This document shows, piece after piece, positions 1 to 10,564 of a stretch of 64,000 bases of DNA (the stretch's first letter is position 1; each line of letters starts with the position of its first letter). The notes beneath the pieces were generated by a model. That model was given only the letters and a program-made list of their open reading frames with translations, was not told the origin of the DNA and did not search any database. The position numbers and the translations under genes were made by a program. The stretch comes from an uncultured bacterium (GTDB lineage: Bacteria; Zixibacteria; MSB-5A5; JAABVY01; JAHJOQ01), in assembly GCA_965369655.1 (NCBI GenBank), contig CBDUQR010000001.1, forward strand, positions 220,217 through 284,216. The letters are read 5' to 3'.

Positions 1-3000
1 GTCATCGTTGACGACGACTTCACCAGCCAGGCGGATGTAGACGCATACAACACAGCTAACGGCACAGACTACGTCTGGGGTTACGACGCCTTTGCCACGA
101 TCCAGGATGGTATCGACGGCGTCACAGGTAGCACGGTCAACGTAGCAGCGGGAATCTATCGCGAGCAACTCTATGTTGATCATAGCTTGGACCTGCTTGG
201 AGCAGGGGTCGGGATATCAATCATTGAAGCGCCGGACCCGGTCGACCGAACGACCTACCCTGTTACGCAGTGGACGAGTGACGTACGGACAATTGATGCC
301 GTTATCGGCGTTGTTGCCGCTGGAACTGTCAATATTAGTGGGTTCACGGTCGATGGCCGTGACGTTGGCCCAGACAATTTCTATGGTATCCATTTCTTTG
401 ATACCGACGGTTCAGTCACCTACTGCACGATTGACAATATCACGAATGCCGCGGCTCCGAGCAACTCGCGCGTAGTCAGTGTGGCTGCCACTCACAGTCT
501 GGGGCAGACATTCACGATTGATATATCAAACAACGCTATCCCTGTACTCCAAAAGGGTGGTATCTTGGTTATGGGACCGGGTGCCAGTTTCACGGTTAAC
601 CACAACACCGTGACAAATACACCCTCTCCGGTTCTAGCCGGCAATGGTATACAGCTTTCGTATGGAGCTAGTGGCTCTACTTTGCAAAACATTGTCGCCG
701 GCACTATATACTCTGGTGACGATTGGGCCGCCACCGGTATCTTGCTTTTCGAGAGTGGTGATGTCTCGATGGTTGGAGACGAAGTCTACAATTGTCAGTC
801 AGGTGTGAATTTCAGCGATTGGGGTTGGGTGCACCTACAGCCGTCACCGGTTATCCTAAGTTTCACCGATCTCAACCTGCACGAGAACGAGTGGACACTC
901 GGTATCCAGCTAAGTCGTGACAACAGCGATGTTAATATGACTGTCACCGACTGCGATATTCTCAACAGCACCGGTGATGGGATTGATCTTTACTGCACAG
1001 GTGTGGACCCATGGGGTGGGTCCTACTACACCGGCTGGAACAATGGTGATCTTAACGCCACGATTACCGGGTGTTACGTCAATGGTTCTACCCTTGATGG
1101 CATTTGGGGTGGAGACTATTCCGGGAACGTGAATAATGTTGCTGTGTCTGTATCCAACTGTGGATTTGCAGGCAATACTGGATCGGCCATTAACAACGGT
1201 TTCACTCAGCTCATGGATGCTTCAGGCTGCTATTGGAATGATCCTACCGGACCGACAATTGGCGTTAAATCCGGCGGTATGCGCTCTGTAGCGCCCATCG
1301 TCAACCCGTTTGGCGGTGAGCTACCAGCAAAGGCTAGCTCGGTTTCCACAGAATTGATAGGCGCTGACAAGGGTTCCGGTGAAACCATCTTTGGTAATGT
1401 CGACTACACACCATGGCTCGGTGGTGGTGCCCAAACCAGCCCTGGTTTCGCTGGTGACTTTGCCACCCTCTATGTTGACGACGACAGCCCACAGGCTGGC
1501 GCCACAACTCGCATTCAAGAAGGTGTTGATCTGGTTTCCGGCAGCACGGTATATGTCAAGGACGGAATATATGGAGCCGATCCCGTAACCGGAAGAGGCG
1601 TCTACATCACCAACGATGGCCTCAGCCTGATCGGTGAATCACAGGCCGGCACCATCATTGACGGCGCTATTGGAGGTGTGGGCAGTTCTGGTTCATACTG
1701 GTCAAGAGGCATCCACGTCCAAGCCAATAACGTCACTATTCAGAACTTCACTGTTCAAGGATTCACCGGTGACCTCGTTAGCTCCGGTGGGTACGGTGTA
1801 CTTCACCGGGACTACGCTCATGACACGCCAACCGAGGGTTATATCTTCTATGACGGTTGCTCCGTGAATCATGTTACGGTTCACAGCTGCTACTCGGTTG
1901 TCTACGCTCTCTGTTTCACCAACTTGACGGTGGCCGATTGCTACCTCCACGACAACTACTCGGACGGGATGTTCATTGCTCGCGGATCGGATGGTGCAAT
2001 TATCCACGATAACATCGTGACCAACTCGGGCGATCAGGGAATCTGGGTTGGTAAGTGTTGGTCGGGGCTTGATCCATCTGACAACGCTACCATCTACGAT
2101 AACACCGTCAACGGTGCTCGTGAAGGTGGAATCTGCTTTGTGGGCTCGGACGTGGCTGAGATATATGGCAACTCTATTACCAATGCTGCCTCTGAAGGTT
2201 GGTCAGTAGGTGCCTTGAATCTCAAAGACGGCCCGACCAACGTAAACGCTTACGAGAACAGGATATTCAACAACGACGGAGCCTGGAACGGTTACAGTGG
2301 CCTCGGACATGGCGTTGGAATTGATGGAGGTGCCGGGAGCATCAATCTCTACGACAACGCTATTTTCGGGAACACCGGACTGGGTGTCTATAACGCCTCA
2401 ACAAAGGCCTCCTCTGGCATGTGGGAAACGCGCTTGATTGAGGACGAACTGCCATCCACTCCTGAGCACATGACTTCCGGGAGTTCCGACAAGGGCACTC
2501 GCGGACTGATTATGGCCGAAGACAACTGGTGGGGCAGCTTCGATGGTCCTGAGGACCTTACCGGTACCGATGAGGCCACTCTCAACACCTGCTTTGATGT
2601 CTCGACGATGATCAACGCTATTGACGAACTGGGCAATGGTCTCGGTAACGGTGTCAGCGATGACGTTGACTACTGTCCGTGGGCCAGTGGCCTGTATCTC
2701 AGTCCGGACGAAATCCTGTATCACTGTAGTGGCAACTTCACTTTTGATGCTGGTATTGACGTCGCTGTGACTGATATGAAGGTTGGAGCGTTCAAGTTCG
2801 AGTATGATATGAACATCACGTATGTCAACGTGACTACTTCACTCACCGGAGACGTAATACTGCAGCATCAGGTTGTCGGATCAAATCCGACGAGGACGAA
2901 GGACACTCTTTTCGTTGACATCGGCTTTGGATCAGGAGAATCACTTGACGGCCCTGCGACATTGTTTACTGTCGAAATGAACAGCAATACCGATTTCTGC

Positions 3001-4779
3001 AATGGTACTCCGATCGACATGTTCTACGCATTGGTGAAGGACATCAATGACGATCCGATTACACTGCCACTTCCGGTTCCAATCAATCTGATCGCAGACT
3101 GCGAGGATCCGGATGTATGGGTCAATGCGCCTGCAGAAGATGTGCATTACAACACTGCGCCGATTCTCGATATCGAAGCGTATGACAACTGCGATCTCGA
3201 TGCTGTCTACTATCAAGTTGACGGCTGTGGCGGAACCTGGATCTCGATCGCAACCGGTTTAAGTGGACAGAGCTACAACAACATAGCCTGGACATTCCCG
3301 GATTTCGGTTCGGTGAGTGAAGGCCAGCACTGCATCTATTTCAGAGTCACCGATGATGCTACTCGGGAGAACTTTGACAAATGCGATGCTGATTCCGCGT
3401 GGTGTTTCGTCAAAGATACGGAGAATCCGGAACCGTCGGAGAACTTCACGGCACTTCCCGGACATAACAAAGTGCTTTTGAGCTGGGATGCCTCCCCGAG
3501 TGGAGATGTAGTCAGATACCAGATTCAGCGGATTGGCTGGGCAGATTATCCGCTCTACGGACTTCCTGCCCCGTCGTATCCGCTTGATCCGACGGTAGGC
3601 ACGACTGTTTACAACGATGATGGTCTCGACACTACCGACACACAGGGGCTTGAAAACGCGACTCGTGATATCTACTACTACTCGATATTTGCGTTTGATG
3701 CCGCGGGCAATTACTCTGCGAACGTGAATCCACCGACTCCGGGAACGGGAACACGTGACCGTGCCACATCATACTGGCTCGGCGATATCGCGGGCGGCCT
3801 GCCGCCGACACATGGTGATTTCGATGGATTCGTCTATTTTGCGGATCTTGATTTCTTCACACTCACTTACTATCTGTCGACAGGTGATACTGGGTTTGAT
3901 CCGCATTCCGATATCGGACCGACAGTCGCTGGCAGCGCCGGAGGCGGTCCAGACAAGGCCAGGGGTATACCCGAACCTGACGGCGCAATCGACATCAACG
4001 ACCTTTGGATATTCGCGACCAACTTCAACACCGTCGACGATTCAAAGTTGCGCAAGCCTGTCCTTGTCGTGCAGCCCGTACCGAATAATACAGGTTTGAG
4101 GATCGTCCAGCGTCACGATGGGCACGATCTGCGCGTTGAACTCTATCTCGATAATGCCGCGAACAATGTTAAACTGCTCGAGGCAGAGATCTCATTCGAT
4201 ATGTCGATGTTGGCATATAATGGTGCGGATCAATTGATAAGCGCATCGAGCGGGAATGTACCGGTGTTCTTCCACGCGACAGATAGGAAAGACAAGGTGT
4301 ACATCACTGCTGGAGCATTGGGATCCAATGTCACGTTTGAAGGATCAGGCCTGATCGCCGATGTGAGGTTCTCGCTGATCTCGGAAGGGCCTGCACGCGT
4401 ATCTCTGACCGGAGTCACGCTGCGTGATGCCGACAACAACGAGATTGTTCCCGACGTCATCCCGACCGATGATTTGGAGGGCTCAGGCGATGAGTCGTCG
4501 CTGACCTATGATCTTAAACAGAACGTTCCGAACCCGTTTAATCCGACTACGACTATATCGTACAGTGTACCGACAGGCACACATGTCTCGGTGAAAGTCT
4601 ACAACGTGATGGGGCAGCTTGTGAAAACGCTCGTCGACGATTATCGTTCGGCCGGGCGTCATGAAATAACCTGGCACGGAAGAAACGAAGCGGGAGAGGA
4701 TGCAGCTTCGGGTGTCTATTTCTACAGATTCCAAACATCCGAATACTCTAAGACGGTCAAGATGACTCTTGTGAAGTAA
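1..4779 (+). CDS. Large secreted multidomain protein (5' truncated): right-handed parallel beta-helix modules, cohesin-like and FN3-like domains, degenerate dockerin/EF-hand region, C-terminal FlgD-Ig/T9SS-type sorting domain
   Basis: Frame is open from base 1 (VIVDDDF...TIQDGID), upstream of the ORF-track start at 187. Repeated beta-helix module starts (VDDD...IQE/DGVD...GSTVxVxxGIY). Cohesin-like segment LRVELYLD..EISFD..GSGLIADVRF..LRDADN. C-terminus QNVPNPFNPTTTISYSVP...SGVYFYR...KMTLVK. Confidence 0.8.
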   Translation, partial: VIVDDDFTSQADVDAYNTANGTDYVWGYDAFATIQDGIDGVTGSTVNVAAGIYREQLYVDHSLDLLGAGVGISIIEAPDPVDRTTYPVTQWTSDVRTIDAVIGVVAAGTVNISGFTVDGRDVGPDNFYGIHFFDTDGSVTYCTIDNITNAAAPSNSRVVSVAATHSLGQTFTIDISNNAIPVLQKGGILVMGPGASFTVNHNTVTNTPSPVLAGNGIQLSYGASGSTLQNIVAGTIYSGDDWAATGILLFESGDVSMVGDEVYNCQSGVNFSDWGWVHLQPSPVILSFTDLNLHENEWTLGIQLSRDNSDVNMTVTDCDILNSTGDGIDLYCTGVDPWGGSYYTGWNNGDLNATITGCYVNGSTLDGIWGGDYSGNVNNVAVSVSNCGFAGNTGSAINNGFTQLMDASGCYWNDPTGPTIGVKSGGMRSVAPIVNPFGGELPAKASSVSTELIGADKGSGETIFGNVDYTPWLGGGAQTSPGFAGDFATLYVDDDSPQAGATTRIQEGVDLVSGSTVYVKDGIYGADPVTGRGVYITNDGLSLIGESQAGTIIDGAIGGVGSSGSYWSRGIHVQANNVTIQNFTVQGFTGDLVSSGGYGVLHRDYAHDTPTEGYIFYDGCSVNHVTVHSCYSVVYALCFTNLTVADCYLHDNYSDGMFIARGSDGAIIHDNIVTNSGDQGIWVGKCWSGLDPSDNATIYDNTVNGAREGGICFVGSDVAEIYGNSITNAASEGWSVGALNLKDGPTNVNAYENRIFNNDGAWNGYSGLGHGVGIDGGAGSINLYDNAIFGNTGLGVYNASTKASSGMWETRLIEDELPSTPEHMTSGSSDKGTRGLIMAEDNWWGSFDGPEDLTGTDEATLNTCFDVSTMINAIDELGNGLGNGVSDDVDYCPWASGLYLSPDEILYHCSGNFTFDAGIDVAVTDMKVGAFKFEYDMNITYVNVTTSLTGDVILQHQVVGSNPTRTKDTLFVDIGFGSGESLDGPATLFTVEMNSNTDFCNGTPIDMFYALVKDINDDPITLPLPVPINLIADCEDPDVWVNAPAEDVHYNTAPILDIEAYDNCDLDAVYYQVDGCGGTWISIATGLSGQSYNNIAWTFPDFGSVSEGQHCIYFRVTDDATRENFDKCDADSAWCFVKDTENPEPSENFTALPGHNKVLLSWDASPSGDVVRYQIQRIGWADYPLYGLPAPSYPLDPTVGTTVYNDDGLDTTDTQGLENATRDIYYYSIFAFDAAGNYSANVNPPTPGTGTRDRATSYWLGDIAGGLPPTHGDFDGFVYFADLDFFTLTYYLSTGDTGFDPHSDIGPTVAGSAGGGPDKARGIPEPDGAIDINDLWIFATNFNTVDDSKLRKPVLVVQPVPNNTGLRIVQRHDGHDLRVELYLDNAANNVKLLEAEISFDMSMLAYNGADQLISASSGNVPVFFHATDRKDKVYITAGALGSNVTFEGSGLIADVRFSLISEGPARVSLTGVTLRDADNNEIVPDVIPTDDLEGSGDESSLTYDLKQNVPNPFNPTTTISYSVPTGTHVSVKVYNVMGQLVKTLVDDYRSAGRHEITWHGRNEAGEDAASGVYFYRFQTSEYSKTVKMTLVK

Positions 4780-4790
4780 CTCTTCAGGCA

Positions 4791-4819
4791 GAAGGCGGAG
4801 GGAATTCCCCTCCGCCTTC
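4791..4819 (+). terminator. GC-rich intergenic stem-loop (terminator or mRNA-stabilising hairpin)
   Basis: GAAGGCGGAGGG-aattc-CCCTCCGCCTTC, a perfect 12-bp stem with no U-tract. Confidence 0.55.
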
Positions 4820-4834
4820 ATAAGGTTCCAAGCT

Positions 4835-5674
4835 ATGAAACACGCACTTAACAGAATCGCACCCTGGATCTGCCTGATCATGTTGGCGACACTTGTTGTC
4901 GGACCAGGCAGCATTAGCGCTGGAATGCCTCCTGCATATGCACTCCCACACGATGTGCCGGGAAACCAGAGCAAACAAACGGATCACGATCCGGCGAAGG
5001 TTGTCATTCTGCCCGAATGGAAGATCGTGGATATCGATGACACTTTCGACTTGACGATCGAAGTTGACTCGCTCTCTCCGGTCGACAGCCTTAGATCATT
5101 CTTCTTTTCTGTTGAAACTGATACCAACGTGATCAAACTGGACTTCGACGGAACGGAGGTGGGTGATTTCTTTTCCCAGTCCGGACAAACTAATTTTCAT
5201 GCCTATGGAGCGGTCTACTATTTTGACCCACCGGGAGAATCCCTTTATGTCTATGATATTTTTGACGCATTGAATCAGCCACAGTATGTTTCGGGTTACG
5301 GCGATCTGGCAAGAATGAGTTTCGTTGCCGTAGGGTCCGGATTCAGCGAAGTGAAATTCCGCGTCACCTATCTTGGAGCTCTGCTCGGTGAAGGGCAAAC
5401 CGGTCCAATAGCAATCAGCGACTCTGTTGACGCGATTGTATTCGTCTGTCCGCTGGCTGATATTTGGGGCGATGCTGACGGCAGCGGAGGCGTAGACATT
5501 GATGACGTGGTGTATCTGATTCAGTACATCTTTGCCGGCGGACCGGAGCCAATTCCTCACACGCTTGTGGGAGATGTGGATTGCTCGGAGTTTGTGGATA
5601 TCGATGATGTAGTCTACTTGATTCAGTATATTTTCGCTGGTGGCCCCCCACCTTGCGATCCGTGTACTGAATAG
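4835..5674 (+). CDS. Secreted cohesin-like + dockerin type I protein
   Basis: Signal peptide, beta-sandwich region (FDLTIEVD...SGYGDLARMSF), then duplicated Ca-binding dockerin GDADGSGGVDIDDVVYLIQYIF / GDVDCSEFVDIDDVVYLIQYIF. Confidence 0.75.
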   Translation: MKHALNRIAPWICLIMLATLVVGPGSISAGMPPAYALPHDVPGNQSKQTDHDPAKVVILPEWKIVDIDDTFDLTIEVDSLSPVDSLRSFFFSVETDTNVIKLDFDGTEVGDFFSQSGQTNFHAYGAVYYFDPPGESLYVYDIFDALNQPQYVSGYGDLARMSFVAVGSGFSEVKFRVTYLGALLGEGQTGPIAISDSVDAIVFVCPLADIWGDADGSGGVDIDDVVYLIQYIFAGGPEPIPHTLVGDVDCSEFVDIDDVVYLIQYIFAGGPPPCDPCTE

Positions 5675-5686
5675 AGAGGATACGAT

Positions 5687-6400
5687 ATGATAAGAACCAA
5701 AATAATGATTATCGCATTGTTACTCAGCGCCCTGCTGTTGCCTGCAGTGCTATTCGCCCAGAACCCTGTCGTGTTTTTCGATCCCGATTCGCTACAGGTG
5801 AGAAACGACAGTCTTTTCGAGGTTGTACTTGCGATTGATGACAACTCGGTGGACTTGAAGGCATATGCTGTCAGGATTCATTTCGATACAAGTGTCGTTA
5901 AACTTGATACGGTTTTCGAGGGACCGCTCTTGCCGTCAACGGATTCGGTTACTTTCTTTGCGTATAATCTCGTGGAATCGCAGGATACTGTCTTTATAGA
6001 TGGGGCGATTCTTGGCGGCAGCGGAACTGTCTCCGGCGGCGGCGTTATTGCATATCTATGGTTCAGAGCCGACAGCCTGAGTTCAGGCATTACAGATCTC
6101 GAATTCACTCTGACTGACTTCAGAGATCAGGATGATCAGTCTATGGCATACTCTACTGACGATGGCAAAATCAGGGTATGTCTTAGACGCGGCGATGTCG
6201 ACAATAGCTATTTCATCGATATCGATGATGTGACTTACTTACTTCGCTGGATATTCCAGAACGGCCCTGCGCCAATACCACATTACCTGGTGGGCGATGT
6301 TGATTGCAAGGATGAAACAGATATTGACGATGTAGTTTACCTGATACAGTACATCTTTGCGGGCGGGCCGCCACCGTGCACATACTGTTATCCTGAGTAG
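5687..6400 (+). CDS. Secreted cohesin + dockerin type I protein
   Basis: Signal peptide, cohesin-like FEVVLAID..LKAYAVRIHFDTSVVKL..SGGGVIAYLWFRA..TDLEF..FRD, then a C-terminal dockerin pair. Confidence 0.8.
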   Translation: MIRTKIMIIALLLSALLLPAVLFAQNPVVFFDPDSLQVRNDSLFEVVLAIDDNSVDLKAYAVRIHFDTSVVKLDTVFEGPLLPSTDSVTFFAYNLVESQDTVFIDGAILGGSGTVSGGGVIAYLWFRADSLSSGITDLEFTLTDFRDQDDQSMAYSTDDGKIRVCLRRGDVDNSYFIDIDDVTYLLRWIFQNGPAPIPHYLVGDVDCKDETDIDDVVYLIQYIFAGGPPPCTYCYPE

Positions 6401-6659
6401 GATACTATCTGCACGTGGATCAGCAGCGTGGTATTTCGTTGGCGCTTGTTGGGTGTTTGGATATTGAATTGAGTGATAAGTTTTATCTGACATGTCGGAT
6501 GAGTCAATTCCATAGTGCCATCTTCCCAGCTTGTTGAGGTTTTATGGCAATTATCGCCTGGAAATACTGCTCACTTGGCCGCATTGCCCCCAGAACCTAT
6601 TCATTTGACTGAGACTCGCGCTTTCGCTATTTTGAATATGGATAAGACGATACAGTCGA

Positions 6660-6739
6660 GTAGGGCAAAACTCCTTCGCGGTTCTGCCATCCTATCAAGA
6701 TGGCTGAACCGCTCCGTTTCACTCCGGGTTCATCCCTAC
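6660..6739. repeat. GTAG-type REP inverted doublet (REPIN-like), copy 1
   Basis: GTAGGGCAAAAC..GGTTCTGCCATC-n7-GATGGCTGAACCGCTCCG..CGGGTTCATCCCTAC. The reverse complement of the right arm closely matches 33606-33646. Confidence 0.75.
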
Positions 6740-6770
6740 AAGACTGGGCTCTGATCTACATGATACAGGC

Positions 6771-6800
6771 AAAACGGGAGCCGCCTTCGCGACTCCCGTT
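6771..6800 (-). terminator. Rho-independent terminator of the dockerin protein gene at 6829-10056
   Basis: Minus strand AACGGGAGTCG-cgaagg-CGGCTCCCGTTTT. Confidence 0.65.
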
Positions 6801-6828
6801 CTGATTCTCAAACATCAAACGTATGCTA

Positions 6829-9800
6829 TCAGCAATCCGGCACACCGTCGCCATCGGGATCACCTGGTGGCGGGCCTCCTGCAAAGATGTAGTTTATCAG
6901 ATAGACTACATCATCTATGTCGATGAAGCCAGAGCAGTCAGCATCGCCTGCAGCCAGCGGAACCGGCGCCGGGCCGCCTGCGAAGATGTAGTTTATCAGG
7001 TGGACTACATCATCGATATCGACAAAGCCGCTTCCATCGGCATCGCCGCAGACGTATGTTTCAGCCTGACCGAATATCAGGTCGCCATCGTAGGTGAGTT
7101 CACCGGTGAACGGTGTAGTCGAGAACGGATTCTCTGATGGGGGTGCAAACGGATCGAATGTGATCGGCGTTGTACCGATCAGATAACCCGGCAGATCATC
7201 ACACTCACCGTCTATGATGGTGTAATACGGCAGCGGCTCTCTGGGATCGGCAAGCCACTCTGAGGGGTTGACGACTGTGTGAATGTACCGGGTTTCACCC
7301 GTTTCGTCGCCGATGGTCGGCAGGATCATCCCTCCAGGCGGAAGGTTATCTTCCAGCCACGGTCCAAACGGATACAGACGCCAGTATTCTCCATCCCAGT
7401 AAGGATCGGCAACTTTGAACGAATCAACATTATTGCAGAACCAATCCCACTCGAATATGATGAGATAATCGTTCGCCCATAGCGGGATGTAACCTTCGTA
7501 TGTCGTGCAATATTCGACATACGTCCTCTCGAAGATAGGAGGCTCATATGTCTGGCAATCAATGGTACCGTAGACTGTCAGCCAACCGTCGACATACTTC
7601 GGATGGTATCGCCAGCCCATGTCGAAGGACTTCGGAGACTCCGCCATCCCTGTCTTGATAATATCGTTATGAGCGTCAAAGCCGTAGTCACCGTTCAGAC
7701 CTCCCCAGGTTCCTCCGACTTGAGTGCACATGTCCTCGCTGGTGATATATGTGTTTGGGCCCACAACGCACTCTCCCAGCGGAACGAGTGCGGTTTCCTT
7801 CACAGCCTTGTCGCCCTTGGTATTGTCCCCCTGTGTCTCATCATCACGGTACTCAATCTTGTTGTTCTTCTTGTCGAGACCAACAAGAGTGACGGAATGA
7901 CCACCACCCCCAAACCACGAAATTGTAAGTTCGATATCCTGTCCCTTCTTCAGTTCACGCCAGAGCCATGATTTGAGATCGATATCATCATCATCGTTAT
8001 TCTCTGAAGGAATACCTGGCGTACCGACGCCGGTAGGATAAACCGAGTTCGAATACCAGTAGTGAACTTCCAGAGGCAGATTGTTGTCGTCAATGTACTT
8101 CTTCTTAGCGATGAGTTGTTCTTTGTCCGTTACACCCTGATTCATGTATTCAGGATTGTCGAGTTCTTCCTGTATGCTCTGAGCTGTGCCCAATCCGAGA
8201 TTATGCTCGTTCGAGAGCCATTTCAGGCTTCGCGCAGTAGAACCTGATGCACATTCGTCGTCATCCTCCTGAACTGAAGGAACTCCAGTCATGCCAAGGT
8301 CCTTGTGTTTAATCAACGAGTCAGTATCCACCTCTGAAGTATAGTATGGTGGTACCATCACTGACGGTCCCTCAAATAAATAGTCTCCACCGGGAATGTA
8401 GCTTCCAAAGCGACTGATATCGATATCGTAGATATTAGTCGGTGTCATGGTACCGATCGGGCCTGAAGTCTGAATCGCTGAGCTTACTGCCATTACATAT
8501 TGCAGAGAAGACACATCAGTTCCAGAACTTACACCCAACTCATTGAAGTCGAAATGCAGAGCACATCGGCCAGGATCGATGATGTCGCCCGGAAGAATCG
8601 GGAAATTGCGTACAATCCAGCCTGTGTCAACCATAGCCACAGCAGAAATGTTCATATACCGCACAACATCGTCAAACATGGGGGTTACATCGAATGAGAG
8701 TTGTCCCCAATCGGAGTTGGGCGTTACCAGTGTGCCATTCTGATCGTAGAAGTCCATCTGTTCGAACAACAGGTTTGAGACCAGATCCAACTCAGAATCA
8801 CAATTGAGCGTCACGACATAGTCGTTCTCATAGCCGCATGGCAGATCATAGTAATCCTGGTGGCTGACGAAGAACCAGTAAGTTCCGGGAACGGTTGCTT
8901 CGTACTCAACAGAGATGACCTCGTTACAGCCGCCCGTGATGTACGGATTAAGACCTGTAACACATGAACAGTCTGGAATGCCATCGGGGCAGCCGGCGAT
9001 GTAACCGATTACGACATCGAACTCGGCTTCGCATGTCCAGGTCATCGTACCCGGAGAAGTCATGACGACTTCGTACCAGTCAGTGTCACGCGTACCGTCG
9101 CTGGCCCAGATCGTGCCACAGACTGTCTCGCCGCATCCAATCGGCTCCCAAGTCTGAGTGCCGGGCTCCATGTTGCAGCCGCCGTTCATGTCGGAACCGC
9201 ATGGCTCACTCTCCATGGTCGCGCCAGGAGGACATTCGACAACGCATTCCATGGCACACTCGGTGACGTCAAGAACATAGTTGCCGCAATAGCTGCTGTA
9301 ACCATCGATAACGATGTAGTACGTGTTACCACCAGTAAGCGCCAGTCCCAGGATCTCGGAGACATAGCCCGGACAGGCGTCGTCATTACAGGCGTAAGGA
9401 GGAACTCCGTCATCCGGTTCCTGACACTCATTCTCGTACACATACAACTTGGTGTCGTAGTCCGAGCCATTGCACAGCGTGATGTCGACACACATGTCGG
9501 CACCATGTGTATACACGTAGACCACATCGGGTGAGTTCGACGCAGAAGGACACTCTTCATCATAATCGTCGTTGAAATCACAAGTGTTACCTGTAGCGTT
9601 GTATGGCAGAGATGGGATCCCCGCAGCGGTTTCGCACACGTCATTGTCACCGACAACCGGGCACGGGCACACTTCGCCAGCATCCCAGTCATACGCATCG
9701 CCGTGAATGGCATAACAGTCTTCGTATGTGATGCCGTCTTCGCAATCCGGAGCACCCGGATCGCCATAGCAGCAACGACCGGTCGAGGGCTCACCGCAGT

Positions 9801-10056
9801 CTTCGCCGCCAGAACGGTAGTTGCCGTCCGGCTGATTTACGGGACCGGTATACGTATACTTCTCAGGAGCGACATTGCCGATGTATGCGGCAGGATGAAT
9901 CGCTGATGAAGGATTAGAATTGACGACCACAGTCTGGGTCGGTTTGAAGGCGATGTCCTCAGGATGCGAAACGACCTCTCCCAGGACAATAGCAGTCATG
10001 GCGATAATACAAGCTGATATAATCACCGTGCGAAACGGTTTTCTCAATCTTGACAT
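6829..10056 (-). CDS. Secreted Cys-rich protein with PPC-like domains, putative papain/C39-like peptidase domain and C-terminal dockerin
   Basis: ATG 10056 follows GGAGG. Signal peptide, PPC-like motif DVVYVY..DTKLYVY..CNDD..TYYIVIDGY, motifs QEDDDECASGS / GGGHSVTLVG / YRDD, and dockerin GDADGSGFVDIDDVVHLINYIF. Confidence 0.7.
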   Translation of the reverse strand: MSRLRKPFRTVIISACIIAMTAIVLGEVVSHPEDIAFKPTQTVVVNSNPSSAIHPAAYIGNVAPEKYTYTGPVNQPDGNYRSGGEDCGEPSTGRCCYGDPGAPDCEDGITYEDCYAIHGDAYDWDAGEVCPCPVVGDNDVCETAAGIPSLPYNATGNTCDFNDDYDEECPSASNSPDVVYVYTHGADMCVDITLCNGSDYDTKLYVYENECQEPDDGVPPYACNDDACPGYVSEILGLALTGGNTYYIVIDGYSSYCGNYVLDVTECAMECVVECPPGATMESEPCGSDMNGGCNMEPGTQTWEPIGCGETVCGTIWASDGTRDTDWYEVVMTSPGTMTWTCEAEFDVVIGYIAGCPDGIPDCSCVTGLNPYITGGCNEVISVEYEATVPGTYWFFVSHQDYYDLPCGYENDYVVTLNCDSELDLVSNLLFEQMDFYDQNGTLVTPNSDWGQLSFDVTPMFDDVVRYMNISAVAMVDTGWIVRNFPILPGDIIDPGRCALHFDFNELGVSSGTDVSSLQYVMAVSSAIQTSGPIGTMTPTNIYDIDISRFGSYIPGGDYLFEGPSVMVPPYYTSEVDTDSLIKHKDLGMTGVPSVQEDDDECASGSTARSLKWLSNEHNLGLGTAQSIQEELDNPEYMNQGVTDKEQLIAKKKYIDDNNLPLEVHYWYSNSVYPTGVGTPGIPSENNDDDDIDLKSWLWRELKKGQDIELTISWFGGGGHSVTLVGLDKKNNKIEYRDDETQGDNTKGDKAVKETALVPLGECVVGPNTYITSEDMCTQVGGTWGGLNGDYGFDAHNDIIKTGMAESPKSFDMGWRYHPKYVDGWLTVYGTIDCQTYEPPIFERTYVEYCTTYEGYIPLWANDYLIIFEWDWFCNNVDSFKVADPYWDGEYWRLYPFGPWLEDNLPPGGMILPTIGDETGETRYIHTVVNPSEWLADPREPLPYYTIIDGECDDLPGYLIGTTPITFDPFAPPSENPFSTTPFTGELTYDGDLIFGQAETYVCGDADGSGFVDIDDVVHLINYIFAGGPAPVPLAAGDADCSGFIDIDDVVYLINYIFAGGPPPGDPDGDGVPDC

Positions 10057-10564
10057 CTTTTTTTCCTCCACATGAAGTAAGTTTGGATATGTAAAGACTT
10101 CTTAACACAGCGAACAATACTCCTCTCGAGTAGTGACAGGTTCCGGATATGTGCACCTCCTTATCCATTTCCCGCGTTTGCGGTTTTGGATTTTCGTCTC
10201 TCGATGTTGTCAGTCGTTGTACTCAAGCAGAATCAGAGACACGCATTCTATATTTATCCGCACGTTCTGGATGCAGCTTCAGATAAATCACCCACCGGCT
10301 GTCGCAGGACAGACCAATCCCCGAACCCTGTGCTGAATCGCAGAATCACGAACGGTGTATTATGCTGTTCTGTCACAATCAGACTGTTTGATCCCGTTTT
10401 GTCAAGCTTTTTCTACAGTAGATTCCGGGTTGAATCACATGCAGGTTGGCTGATGTCCCTTCGACGGCCTCACTACGGGCAGGCCGCTCATTCCATATGC
10501 CCTCTCGTGTATTGACAATCACACCGAATAAGCCGTTATTGTGGACGAATGTCTGGAGGTTCCG

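Noticed and set aside
5460-7060. Dockerin DNA repeats as a diversity-generating retroelement TR/VR pair
   Set aside because: Differences look mostly synonymous rather than adenine-specific, and no reverse transcriptase is in the window.
10200-10350. Possible c-di-GMP riboswitch in the leader of the dockerin gene
   Set aside because: Only GCACAGGG resembles the aptamer; the GNRA/receptor stems could not be found.
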